Shown here: positions 12,266-25,786 of the stretch, piece by piece | Layout of the letters: each line of letters starts with the position of its first letter | Numbering within the stretch: position 1 is the first letter of the stretch | NCBI RefSeq assembly: GCF_006345805.1 | Contig: NC_042998.1 | Location: 132,990,001 to 133,054,000, forward strand | DNA length: 64,000 bases | Direction of reading: 5' to 3' | Origin: Octopus sinensis | Taxonomy: Eukaryota | The notes under the pieces: generated by a model | The model's database searches: none | The model's input: the letters and a program-made list of their open reading frames with translations, nothing else | What the model was told of the DNA's origin: nothing | Position numbers and translations under genes: made by a program

Positions 12266-13430
12266 CAGGGGTTGAACAAAATAATGGAAACACCCAGCAT
12301 CATAGCATCATAATTTTGAAATATCTATAAAACCGTCAAAAGCTTCTATATTTTTATGTTTTTGATTTATTATTAGTGTTGCTTAATATGTTCTGCTAAA
12401 ATTGCTGTTTCTTTTAGGATATCATCAGAAAAAGGTAATCAAAATTCATTAAAGTCACAGATCTATCGGGCTTTCAAAGAGGTCAAATTGTTGGTATTTA
12501 AATGGCAGGCGCTAGCGTAATGAAAACAGCCAAAATGCTTGGGGTATCAAGAAGTACTGTCTCGAAAGTAATGATAGCATTTGAGAAAGAGGGAAAAACC
12601 TCATCGAAACAAAGCTCCGGAAGGAAACCAAAACTTTCAGATAGGAACCATCGCACTCTTACGGGAATTGTCAGAAAGGATCACAAAAGTACAGCTCCCA
12701 AAATTACTGCAGAGCTTAATGACCACCTCGAGAACCCAGTTTCCACACACGGGAGGGCTGCAGTCAGAAAACAATTACTTTCAAACACAAACGTCGCAAA
12801 GCATTTAGAGTAGACTAGAAGCCTACAGAATTGGTCCTTAGAGCAGTGGAAGAATGTTATTTTTTCAGACGAGTCATCTTTCCGACCACCGGCCGAGTAT
12901 ACGTGTAGATACAGTCAAAAGAAGCTTTTGATCCAGACTGCTTTCTTCTAACTATTAAACATGGAGAAGGAGCTGTGATGATCTGGGGTGGGGCTATATC
13001 TTGGAAATCCGCCGGCCCAATAATTTCCCTTTATGGCAGAATTAATAGTCAAGACTATTTGAGCATTTTATTTTATCAAATTCATCCTATGGTTGCGGAA
13101 CTGTTTCCGGGGGGAAACGCAATCTTTCTGGATGATTATGCACCAATTCACACAGCTAAAGTTGTTACTGAATACCACGAGGAACATTCTAGTGAAGTTG
13201 AACATCTTATCTGGCCACTACTGTCACCAGATCTCAATTGAACATTTATGGTGCATTTTAGAAAAACAAGTAAGGTGTCGATATCCTCCACAATCACTAC
13301 TACAAGAACTGGAGACTGATTTAGTTGAAGAATAGACAAAAATTCCTTTGAAAACAATTCAAACTTTGTACGAATCCATAGTGCGTAGAATTCAAGCAGT
13401 AATTACTGCCGAAAGTGGTCCTACGAGCGT
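12266..13430 (+). mobile_element. Tc1-like (DD34E) transposon, degenerate, 3' TIR not seen
   Basis: Starts TA|CAGGGGTTGAACAAAATAATGGAAACACC. HTH region TAKMLGVSRSTVSKV...SGRKPKLS (12502-12813), IFSDES at ~12860, then MIWGGAIS...FLDDYAPIHTAK...WPLLSPDLN/IEHLW; several frameshifts. Confidence 0.92.
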
Positions 13431-14945
13431 CTGAGGAGAACATGGGATCTTTGACGAGGTCGCTCGACTTGAAAGAAGTAGTAGCCAACCTCTTCCTCAT
13501 ATTAATACATGACCTATTAAAAGCATAAAATACCAAATTGGATAATGTATTCTTAGGTATAATATGTTCTTATTAAAGACGGCATTATTGTGGTGAAAAC
13601 GTTTAAAATCAGGGTGTATTAAGATTTAAGTTCACTTTAAGAAAGAGCAACTACAACAAGAAACTGAAGTTTTCTGTTTGCTCGCTCAGGGATGACCTAT
13701 TGCTAAAAACAGAAAAAAGCATGCAAAATGTCTCAAGTAGATTGCCTATTAAGGCGATGTGAATAGCTTTTAAGTTTTCCAATATATATACAAGCCTTTT
13801 TATGTGATTAGCAGAGATAAGTAATGGTGTAACAAAAATCGTATGGAGGTGTGCTAAATAAATTTTGGAGTCCCCCCCTAAACTATCACCCCTAAGAGTA
13901 AATATTATGATCTGTATCGCTCTATATTGATTTGTATGTGTGAGGGAAGATGTTTAACTTCTTGGGACAACGTAGTGAATGCTTAGCACAAAGCAATGGA
14001 GAGTATAGGGGGAAAACTAAACAACTGGTGAGTATAGGGGGAAAACTAAGCAACAAACATAGGCTTACAAGCAAGGAACAAAGTTATTTCAAAATGGAAC
14101 TGTTTTTTGTTTTATTGATCATTAAAATTTAGAAACTTCTTCTGCAGGCCTTTGATACAAAAGTACTTGCTGAGTGTATGGGAATAGATAGTGCCCAAGA
14201 TTTTCGTAGGATCTCCAAGAACAGCAAACTTGAATACGTTAATGCTCCGTTTAAACTGTTACAGGTAAACAACTTCAGGAAAGACACGACATAAGTAGAT
14301 TTAGTGAGAGGATCGATATACTGAGGAGCAAGGAGTGAGGATTGTTGTTAGTGCACGTTGATACTTAGTTACGCGACTACATAATAGATATATATATGAG
14401 CTTGTATGTGTGTGTGTATATGTGTATATGTGTGTGTATATGTATATATATATATATACAAATATATACATACATACACACATATATATTTTATATTTCT
14501 GCACATACACACATTAAAATTGTCGCAATTATCTATAACATATCAGACGTTTATTAATATAGAATACTCCACATATTATGATGACAAGCTTAAGAAAAAG
14601 TTTCATAGTTTATTGCCCTTCAACAGTCAGAAGAGTATCTTATCAACTCCAATTGAATGTATTGTTAAGGTAAACACAAGTACATAACAATTTCGTAAGC
14701 GAAAAGGTCGTTAAAAAGGAGACAAAGTAGGTAGTACGGAATATAAAATCAAACTGTAACACGTTAAACCAAACAGAAACAGGCCATTGTTCAAGTGAGT
14801 ACACGGAATAAGAGGGGTGTGGAGCGTATAAATTGATTTTCAATCACACCTACACTTATATATAAATAGACATAAATACACTCACAAACGCACACGCACA
14901 AAAACGCACCCACACACATATATATCAATTAATTCTGCACATCTA

Positions 14946-15152
14946 AGCGGCAAGCTGGCAGAAAGGTTACCACGCCGGGCGAAATGCTTAGTAGTATTTC
15001 GTCTGTCTTTATGTTCTGAGTTCAAATTACGCTGAGATCGACTTTGCCTTTCGGAGTCGATAAATTAAGTACCAGTTGCGTACTTGGGTCGATATAACCG
15101 ACTGGCCCCCTCCCCAAAACATTTGTGCCTTATGCCTAGAGTAAAAAAGAAT
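14946..15152 (+). mobile_element. SINE family 2
   Basis: AGCGGCAAGCTGGCAGAA...GAGTTCAAATT...GATAAATTAAGTACCAG; reverse copies at 8053, 43420 and 45735. Confidence 0.75.
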
Positions 15153-15198
15153 TCTACACATAAATCAAGTACAATCTCTCTCTCTCTCTCTGTCCTTC

Positions 15199-15282
<84 letters not shown>

Positions 15283-15300
15283 ATATATATATATACCTAA

Positions 15301-15341
<41 letters not shown>

Positions 15342-15399
15342 GACAGACACATACATGTGTGTGTATGTGTGTGCGTGTGTTTGTATGTGCAAGCAGTTA

Positions 15400-15444
<45 letters not shown>

Positions 15445-15703
15445 CAGCAAAATAATTAAGATTCAAATGAATTCAATTGAATTCAAATGAATATGGTACT
15501 TAACTTAGATGCACCAGATTCTTTATGGTATTAACCATAAAATTATGTGGGGTGATTATAACCAAGAAAAAAGCAACAAGAATGGTTCAGTAGTTTAGAT
15601 CCATTCTTGTTGCTTTTTTCTTGGGTATATATATATATATATATAATATATACAATTGTATGATATACATACATACATACATATATATATATATTATATA
15701 TAT

Positions 15704-15748
<45 letters not shown>

Positions 15749-16269
15749 ATGTGTGTGTATGTGTGTGTATGTGTGTGTGTATATGTATGTGTGTATGTGT
15801 GTGTATGTGTATATGTATATATATATATATGTGTGTGTGTATGTGTGTGTGTATGTGTATATGTATATATATATATATATGTATATATATATACACATAC
15901 ATACACATACAGATACATACATACAGATACATATGTACACATGCACACTCACGCATACACACAGACACATATATACATATATAGTGAAAATATTTCCTTC
16001 ATGTGGCGAATTAATTGATATAGGAGTAAACTATATAAATAAAGCAACGTTATGATTGGCAGGTAGACTTTTAAACATTCAATAATACAATAGGTAAATT
16101 ATACGAATAAATATTTTGTTGCCAGACTATTTGTAATTCAATTTACCAAATTCCCTTCTTTTTTCGATATAAAAACATTTAATGTAATAAATATCACGAT
16201 AATTTTGTTATTACGTAAGAATCTATATACAATTGTATGATATATATATATATATATAGGGAGAATTCA

Positions 16270-17460
16270 CACAAAAAAAAAACAGAAAACGAAGACAGAT
16301 GGTGTAGACAACAAACATATATTAATATAACGCTCGGGAAGTGAAAAAGCCTTTGACGTTTCGAGCCTACGCTCTTTCGCACAAAGGAACACAGAAAGAA
16401 ACAGGGAGAGAAAGTAAAGAAAGTGTATTGGCTAGCAATCTATCTTAGCGAATGCCGAACAGAGGAGTCACACAGGAGAGCTAGGAAGAGTGAAGATAAT
16501 AACATAGTGGTGAGCCCAAAACGAAGGTGCGCGTGCATGTGTATAAGAGAGCATGTATGTGCGTGTGGAAGGGGCCTGGTGACCTTGACGTGTGCGTGTA
16601 TTCATGTGTAGGTGTGTGGATGATGGCGTAGGGCTGGAAAGTAGTCAATGCTAGTGTGTACGTGGTAGTGTGATGTGATGTGGTGTTGTGTGGTATGGTG
16701 GTGTGTGGTATAGTGGTGTGTGGTATGGTGGTGTGTGGTGTCGTGTCGTGATGTTGGGATGTGGGGGAGGCGAGAGTGGGGAAAGCAAGAGTGGGGTGTG
16801 GGTTAGGCTGAGGGGGGTACAGGTGGGGTATATGGAAGTGAGTGTAAGGGATGGGGTGGGATAGGATGGGTAGGGAAGGTAGGTTTGGATTGTGTAGGGG
16901 TGGAGTTACGAGAGAAGGGTAACGATGAAGGGAGAGGGGAAGGGAGAATGTGGGTAGGAGTGAAGAAAAGAGAGGAGGGTAGGAGTTAAGAGAAGAAGTA
17001 GGAGTCAGAGCAAGAGAGGAGAGGTGGGAGGGAGGATGTAGGTTTGAGAGGAAGAGAGGAGAGGGGAGGAGGGTTAGATGAAGGAGGTGGGAATTGAGCC
17101 CATGTGGTGCAAAGGGGCGAAGAGAGAAGATTAATCTTTGTTCACGGCGAAGACGGGAGACCGGATTGCCCCTGTGCATGGACAATCCGAACACAGACAG
17201 GTGTTACAAAGAGTAACCGGTAGAGCGGAAATGGCGCGAGATCGGGGTGTCATTGCCGAGTCGGATGTTTCGGAGGTGTTGCGAGAACCGTTCAGCCAAG
17301 CGGCGTCCCGTTTGCCCGATTTATACAGAAGGGCAGAGAGAGCAGGAGATGCAGTAGATGACATTACTAGAAGTGCAGGTGAAGGAGTCGGTGATATGAT
17401 AGGGTTGCTGATGGGTGCTGGTGAGGAGGGTGGTGTTGGAGATGTAAGGGCAAGACATGC
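16270..17460 (-). mobile_element. Penelope-like element 3' part: GIY-YIG endonuclease pseudogene, pyrimidine-rich 3' region and terminal repeat
   Basis: Minus frame ~17420-17095 reads FTCTSSNVIYCISCSLCPSV*IGQTGRRLAERFSQHLRNIR...HFRSTG...REQRLIFSLRPFAPHGLN; terminal segment 16280-16440 is homologous to 56890-57058. Confidence 0.88.
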
Positions 17461-17772
17461 ATATATGGGTACGGGTCGTCACCAACGGAGCAAAAACATG
17501 AAATATGTAAACAAACGAGTTAAATACATAAACAACGAGAGAAAATGGAGAACAGGAAAAGTAAACACAGAGAAAGGACCCTTCATCAGCTGTCGGCTGA
17601 CTATCTGCTCCTCATTCGAGTATTCTGTATTACACTTTCCCGACGAACGGGAACGTGAAACTCTGACTTAGGTGGTATTTTTGCAGCTTTGATTAAAAAA
17701 GCATATTACCCTACCTTCGGTATTCGAGTACTATTTCTTCCACATTGTGTTTGCATTTATGTGCTTACTCAT
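17460..17772 (-). mobile_element. PLE-type terminal repeat (second family)
   Basis: Homologous to 9420-9700 and 9830-9958; abuts the GIY-YIG remnant. Confidence 0.6.
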
Positions 17773-18608
17773 GTATATATATCTAAGTCTGTATAGAAAG
17801 AAGTTGTTCATTCTTAGGGATATATTATCCAAGCGTACATCAGTTTAGCACAGTATCGATTAACGATACTGGAATTTTTCTTGTGTATATGTACTAGTGA
17901 TTATTGTTGGTTTTTCTTCAATATTAGTAATTTACACCTCTGAAACTCCAGTTGACGCTATGGATATTTTCATCACTCTCGATAAAGGAGGAAAATGTTT
18001 TAAATTTCAATGAAAACGGAAAATAGTCAAATTAATAAATTTCTTCATATAGTCAAATTAATAAATTTCTTCATATTGCCTACGCTGCGTTTCGGTTGAA
18101 TGATGCTTTTCAATATTTGCACATTTAAATAGCATTATGAAATTGAAAAGGCAAAAAGCTTCCCCAGGGCATAATTGATTGATATTTTTCATATCCAAAC
18201 GGATGGAAAGTTTATTACGAGTAAATTGTAGCATGTGCGTCTGAAGATTCTGTTTTTAAAATAGCTAAAAGTCTATTTTTTTTATCTTACTGGAAAAGGG
18301 ACAGACATAGTTCAGAAGAGCTAGGTCATGCTAGTATTCCACTCAAAAGGTAGTGCCGATTAACTTTTTACAAGCCTACCACTACTTTTCATCCTATTCA
18401 CTACGTCCATAACAAATTCTTCTACGTCCTTATTCCACCCACTTCACTAACTCGATTAACTATTTATGCTTACAAGCCTATCCTACTTTTCATTCTATTC
18501 AGCATGCCCATAACATATTCATCTACCCCCCTAATTACTTTATTTTATCTATAATTAAGACATAGGCATTATGAATGACCTTATTAATTAACTGGACTAT
18601 TCTTTTAT

Positions 18609-18823
18609 GTGTTTCAGCCATTTGACTGCGGCTATGCTGAAGCACCGCCTATAGTCGAACAAATCGACCCCAGGGCTTATTCTGTGTCAGTTTAGTACTT
18701 ATTCTATCGGTCTCTTTTGCCGAATCACTAAGTTACAGGGACGTAAACGCTCCAGCATCGGTTGTCAAGCGATGTTGGGGAACAAACACAGACACACGAA
18801 CATATACACATCAATCCATCCAT

Positions 18824-18854
<31 letters not shown>

Positions 18855-19017
18855 CGACGGGCTTCTTTCCGTTTCCCTTTACCAAATCCACTCACAAGGC
18901 TTTGGTCGGCCTGCGGCTATAGCAGAAGATACTTGCCCAAGATGCCATGCAGTGGGACTGAACGCGGAATCATGCGGTTGGTAAGTAAGCTACTTAGCAT
19001 ACAGCCACTACTACGCC
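18609..19017 (-). mobile_element. tRNA-derived SINE, family 1
   Basis: Full-length alignment to the other copies. Confidence 0.85.
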
Positions 19018-19087
19018 TATGGTAATAAATTGATTACTTTATGTACGTATTCTCCGTTTCCATTGAATTTTAAAACTTTTTCTCATA

Positions 19088-19156
<69 letters not shown>

Positions 19157-19185
19157 TGTAGGGAATATAATAGAGGATTTTCTCT

Positions 19186-19217
<32 letters not shown>

Positions 19218-19380
19218 ATCTGGGTAATAACTTCATAATGTGCATTTAAAATATCCTCTACCTTATAAAAGTAGAATTCTGTTACTGAGTAGGATTCATA
19301 TATTTTTTTATTTCCTTATCATTAATGTCGCTTTTATTTTATTATTATTGTTATTGGTATTATTATAATGATTTTTACTT

Positions 19381-19480
19381 TCGTCTCTATTTTACTGTCG
19401 CTACAACAATATGTGTAGCCCGGAATTTTTTCGTCTCTATTTTACTGTCGCTACAACAATATGTGTAGCCCGGAATTTTT
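19381..19480. repeat. Perfect 50-bp direct tandem duplication
   Basis: TCGTCTCTATTTTACTGTCGCTACAACAATATGTGTAGCCCGGAATTTTT occurs twice. Confidence 0.95.
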
Positions 19481-20774
19481 GAACAGCTTGGTAAAGAAAG
19501 ATAGGTATTTAAGCGTAAGCGTATAAGTAACGAATAATTTCGTGTAATATTATACGAATATGAACTCAGCAACTTAAAGCTGCTGTCCGATGCAGAAATA
19601 AAAGCTGTAATCTACAATTAAAACCTATTATTTTCATCTTCCTGTAGAACACACACACACACATATACATGTGTGTGTGTGTGTTATGGAAATATTCTAA
19701 TGAATATAATTAGGTAATTAGAATTTACTACAATATTAAAAATTATATATACACACACGTAGCAGAAGGCTTTTGGAAAGAAAAAGATGGTTCACATAAT
19801 GGCATATAGAAAATACAAAAATACATTACTTATGGAGGGACCATGGATACTAAACCAAGGTAGGTTGGTATATAAAATCAACCTGACAAACCCTTAGAAA
19901 CATAACACATCGTCAGTACAACGGAAAGCATACATTTACATACATATAAGGCAAGAATCGCCAAAGCAACATTTTCTGCAAATCAATAACATAAAAGCAC
20001 GCCACAAGATAACACAAATACGCCATAATACACAAAGAAAAGCTATACACACAAGTAGCATACCTCTGTACCATAAAGTACTGCCTGCCTCTATGTTACC
20101 GTACAGAAAAGGATCCCTATAAAACACCATAAAGTAACGCACCATACACCAACGTCCACATAATTCACCAAACTGACAAAATAAACCAACAACACAATAG
20201 CACACTATAATCAAACATGAATTACAAAAATGCTATCACTGTCCATCAAAAACAACGCTACTAACAAGAATGCCACCACCGCCGTCACCACATTCCTTAT
20301 ATGTAAAGCACCACCAGCAGAACATACGGCTAGTTGTGTCGGCTTATCAGTGTTCACGCGTCACTGATTCATAGCACAGGGTTCGTTCAGCCAGTTCTAT
20401 CATTGAATGAATCTACATTCAACAGCAGGAGTTACCGTCATTATACAACCTGCAGCTGGTCATATGATCTTGGAGGCGATGGTGATGAATATACTAGAAT
20501 AATAAGAAATTTTTGCAGATTTAGCCTTCATTTTAGTTGTTCACCCGCGGACTTTGCTTGATTGCCATTACATTTACAAACGCATGCACATACATTTGTA
20601 CAAAAATTTTGTTTGTACATGTGTAAAAATTGTGTTCTATACACATTTATCTTGGAAGTACGCAGAGACAGATATATGTTTGTCATGTAGAAAATAAACA
20701 AGATTATATATCCGAGCCGAGTTTTCATTCAAAGAAATTCTTGGTTAATATTACACACACACACAAGCACACAT

Positions 20775-20839
<65 letters not shown>

Positions 20840-20973
20840 TGCACACATACGCGCGCATAAATGCACTCATACATATGTGCATAAATATGTATACACTTAT
20901 ATATGTATACGCACATATATGTCGATATCAATGGATGGATATACATATATATGAATGTGAATGTGTGTATGTA

Positions 20974-21015
<42 letters not shown>

Positions 21016-23636
21016 TGTGTGTATGTGTGTGAACGTATGTGTGCACGTATGAATGTACATATGTGAAAGCCAGTTTGTAGTAATTACAGAGAATAGTCAA
21101 TTAATGATGTACGGAAAATCCAGTGCTAAAATCCAATATGGGGTCATCTGTACCTACAGTATTCCTATTGCAGCAGCTGAATACGCGAGCCATACTTAGT
21201 AATCGAAAAGTGAACTTAGCAGTTGAATAGACCTTTCGTCAAAGGATCTTGCACAACTATGACAGAACTTGCATTACTATTTTACTATAAAACTTCAATA
21301 AAGCGGCTAAACAATTACACATCAGACTTAAAGAGGATAAATTTTTTTTTTTTAATTCGTAAAGTAGAACAACTCTATGATTTAGACCCAGAGAGGAATA
21401 TGAAGTTGATCAATAGAATAACACAGTTTTGATAAATGTGCGAAAATGGGGGACCTGTTGAGGTTTTTGTGGAAGGACTTGATGAAAAATCACAAATTCC
21501 TTACGACTGATTAAGACACGTGCATTCAGTTGAGCGATAGCTATTTGAAAATTGGTAGAAAGTGCTGAAAAGAGTTAGATTTGTTTTTACATGGCAACAG
21601 TCAATTGTTTTTTGGAAGTAAATTGACTACTACGACTACTGAAAGAAAAAGAGTGTAAGCAAAAACAAAATGTCTACTAAAGAAAACATAAAAAAAACTA
21701 AAAGGGGAAAAAACTATGCTTAAAGTTATTTTAATGTTTATACCGCATACTTATATACATATAAGTTATATGCAAATGTAAGGCATGTGGCCCTGGAATT
21801 TCTAGTCGAACTCTTTTTATTTATTGTTCTTACGAGTTATGTTTAAAGTTATTTAGAAAATTTTGAAAAGAAAAATGAAAAAAAAAAAAAACAATATTTT
21901 TGGCGAGCTTGCCAGGATTTTATTTTTTAAGGAAGTTATATTTTCTCTAATTTTTCTTTATTATTTTAGGCTTTGAAAACATCAAAATAATTTGGAAACT
22001 ATTCTTGGTTTATATGTACCCAGTTAGAGCGTTTATATGACCTTCTTCGTTCATATACACTCACTCAGGAACGTTATTGGTTCATATATACCCAGATATA
22101 TTGTATAACTTATTGGTCAAAATACACCTAGCCAGAGATATTCCAGAAAAGGTATTAGAAAACATATTTCTTTTACAGCATAACCGTTTATCCTGTTCTG
22201 TAATGTTGACATACTCCCTGTAAAGAACGACGTCTAAAGTAGCTGGATACCATAGAACAGGCAATAGCAAAGTACTATGCGTTTGTAATTTAATTTATTT
22301 TAATACTGCTTATAAGAGACAGATGTGTTTAGATCTTTTCCACAAACGACTCAGTTTTATATACAGTTTCAGAGACGTAAATCTACATAGTATTCTTAAT
22401 TTCCTTGTACAGTATTTGTTTTTAGATATAGAGTGCCGCAGAAACGTTGTTCACAACGGTTATGGGATGTATGGGACAAAAGGGTCCCACCACCACTTTT
22501 CAGACAGGGACGTGTAAGGTTTGTTATAGAAGACAAAAAATTTGTTACGGAAAATGTTTTGAAAATACGTTTGCCCGCTGAGTACTTCTGCGTGAAACAA
22601 AAGTACCCCTTCTTCAGCACTTAACTCTTCTTATTATAAATGCAGTGTACCGTGGTATGTTTAGAGAATTAGATTTGGCAAAGTTCAACACGCCTACAAA
22701 TTCATCAGGAAAAGGCTTGAGATATGAAGACGGTATCATCGCACGTAATGATTACTTAATGATCTGTAGGTCATTTACGTCAGAGCTGATATTTTGAACT
22801 TTTCGCTTAAGAAAAATAAAACAGCATTGTAGATGTTCCATCAGGTATGCAGAAATCAACCATTTTCAAAGAGAGACTTTCTATAAAGTCTATACATGTC
22901 TTTTTCTGTTGTGCTCGCCAAGGATTGAAAAAAAAAACGAATTCTACATTAAATATCCTACGTCTACAAGTAATTGGGCGTCAGATGATATGTCGGTGAA
23001 CAAGTCATGTTGGTTATCTTTAGATACATAGCAGGGCCACGTTGATATACAAAATTACCAAATTATCAAATGATGCTACTCCTCAACGGACACAATACAA
23101 AAACGATAATTGAATACGGCAGGATATTCAATTTCTCTGTAGTATTTTCTTCCCACATGCTACCAATACTACCTTTGCTGTAGATGTGATCAATGTTAGA
23201 AGATTGTTTGAACTTTCTTTTTTTTTTTGCAGTTCTGAATACAATCATATAGAAGGCACATGTAGGCTTGCTTTATTTGTTCATACACCTGTCTAATATG
23301 GTTATGTTGCATATGTTTCAGATTATATAATTTCTGCTTGACATACTACTGCATATAAATTCTGCTGGAAATACTGTTGTATCAGCTTGACGAGGAAGAT
23401 TAGTTCAGAAATATTTTTTCAGAAAGCTTGCCTTCTTTGAATGGTTTCATAGAAAATTATGACGTACGTGGGAAAATCGTTTTCCCAGTTCTTTTTATAC
23501 CAGTGAAACCAAATTTGATTTATAATTCGTTGTATATATATATGTATAGGCAATCTTTAGTAGTTCGTTATTTATGTATATAGTTGAATAAGAAATAAAA
23601 AAATCCTTGGTACAGTATTTGAAAAAATATATAGAG

Positions 23637-23755
23637 ATGGCTTTTCTGATAATTTTCCCACTTTTATAATTAGATGTTTATAAGTTTTGAACATCTAATT
23701 ATTATAACATATAAACGTCTAATTATTAAAGTGGGGAAATTATCAGAAAGGCCAT
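23637..23755. repeat. Fold-back inverted repeat (~46-bp arms), MITE-like
   Basis: ATGGCTTTTCTGATAATTTTCCCACTTTTATAATTAGATGTTTATA versus TATAAACGTCTAATTATTAAAGTGGGGAAATTATCAGAAAGGCCAT. Confidence 0.85.
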
Positions 23756-25329
23756 TTCTATTCACTTTTTCATATGTGTATGTATGTGTGCCTGTGTCAC
23801 ACGAAACCATGACTACCTGTGATGAAGAAGGAAATATTTTAGTAGTTTGTTAGCTAAATCTCATGTAGGTGCACCAAACAAATCTTGGTGTGCAAAAGCT
23901 ACGTTAAGCTTTAATAAACCTATTGTTGCTTTCAATCAGTTTAATCCTTTAAAATTAAATTATAACTTCATTGAAGTTCGAAGGCACTGAAAATATAAGA
24001 AAGTTGCTTTCGGTATGTAAGAATTTTGGTTAACACTAGCGCGGAAAACAACCTTTTGGCAGGTGGCAACAAGGTAATCATGAATGAATTAAATTTCTAT
24101 TACGATGTACAGTAACGTCGCTTTTTAGCTGCATGGCAAGTTTACACGATACATAATTTTGCGAGGTTGTAATATTTCGAAGCTTTGGCATTGTTTTACA
24201 AACTACGCGTAAATCTGCAACTCCAATCTGTAACCTATTTGGGATTAGACTCCCTAGTTCCAGAAAATTTCTTTTTAGAAAACAAAAGCCTCTGGAGATA
24301 AAAGACACCTTACAAATATGGGTTTCTTTCGGATAAACACTTTACTATATGCTAGTATTATGATTATGTGATAATATTTGATCTGAGCGTGCTTTTAATA
24401 TGTGTGACAAAGTATATTTGGTCTGTGTAACCACACATGGCTTTTGTGTCTACATTTAGTAGGTGTGACTAAGTTCAGTTTATGCTGTCATATTTGGCTT
24501 GTATCTATATTTAGTGACAGAGTTTTGTCTGTTTACATACATTTAGTTAGTGTGACTACAGCTAAGTGTGTTATATTCTTCTTCTCGAATTGTAGGGATT
24601 GGATATAGTTTAGTTTTCAAACACGCATCGCAGTAGAAGCCATACACACATTTTGTAGAACTTAGCAATACTTCTTATAGATGTAAGCGGCACATCTTGT
24701 ACATATCAAAAGCACTTGTAGCAGAAATCGACTCCGCTTGTTGTATAAGTCAGTGCACATGATATAGAAGCCAGCTGCACTTGTAGAATTCGGTTTGTAA
24801 ATGTAGGAAATGCAGGAGCCTACTGCAGAAATCATCTGCTCCAAATAATTCTAAAAATATAATCATGGGTGCAAATGTATACTATATATGTACATATATA
24901 ATTATGGGCGCGCGCACATACACAACTAACACACACAAACACACACACGTGTATCTACATGTATATGTATTCTATTTATATATGATATACTTTGCATTCT
25001 GTTTTTGGTATCTCTGAATTAAAATATTCTTCCCGTTCAGTTGATTGGTGGAATTTTCAAAGAGTGTCACAAAATGCCTTACAGCATTTGTTCTGTCTCT
25101 TTTGGTTTAGTAAGTGCTAACTTATTTGGGCCCATGCCTATGAAGAAAGGAGAGAGCTTGTTGGAAAGTAACTGCCGGTCTTGATAAGTATATAAAGCTT
25201 GAGCCCTGGATACAGCAATTGCAGATGCAGATACATAGATAAATGCAACTGACAGGAGTCTTATACAGGGTGAGCTTAATGTCTTTATTTATTTTAATGA
25301 AAGTAATGTAATTTTATATGTTTTCTTTT

Positions 25330-25750
25330 CAGAGCCTCACGATAATTCCAGAGGAGTGTGAAGTTATTATCTACATGTTTCACATGCTCATATAATGAAG
25401 ATTTCCCTTCAAGGAGTGTAGCATGTGTTGATTTCCATAGAACACATCCACACCGAAAATTTAACGGACAATATTATTTTCCCTAATGAAGCAACGTTCT
25501 GTAAGTGTGGAAAAGTAAATCGCTGCTATTCCTGCATTTGGGTAAACATTCAAAGTAGTTTGTCGAACACTGGGAATCTAAGACTAATGTCTTGAAGGTT
25601 ATGAGAGATTTATGGATAGTTTTCTGTTGTTGAGGCTAATGATGTTGCAAGTAACTGCAGATAAATTAACATTGACATATTTCAACACTTGTCATTATGT
25701 AACGATTGTACGGCGTTATTTGCACAATTCATTTCTAAATCGAGAGTTTT
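25330..25750 (+). pseudogene. Very old Tc1/mariner-superfamily transposase fossil
   Basis: Frame near 25465-25590 reads DNIIFPNEATFCKCGKVNRCYSCIW, resembling the IIFSDEATF..GKVNRHN..IW first-Asp block. Confidence 0.45.
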
Positions 25751-25786
25751 AACGCGAGAATATCAAATTCTAATCAGCATCTAAGC

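Noticed and set aside
17138-17671. 177-aa plus-strand ORF as a gene
   Set aside because: It is the antisense shadow of the minus-strand PLE GIY-YIG region.
25270-25332. 63-bp GT-AG intron-like segment (GTGAGC...TTTTCTTTTCAG)
   Set aside because: All three frames around it contain nearby stops, and the downstream sequence looks like a transposase fossil; no host gene can be supported.
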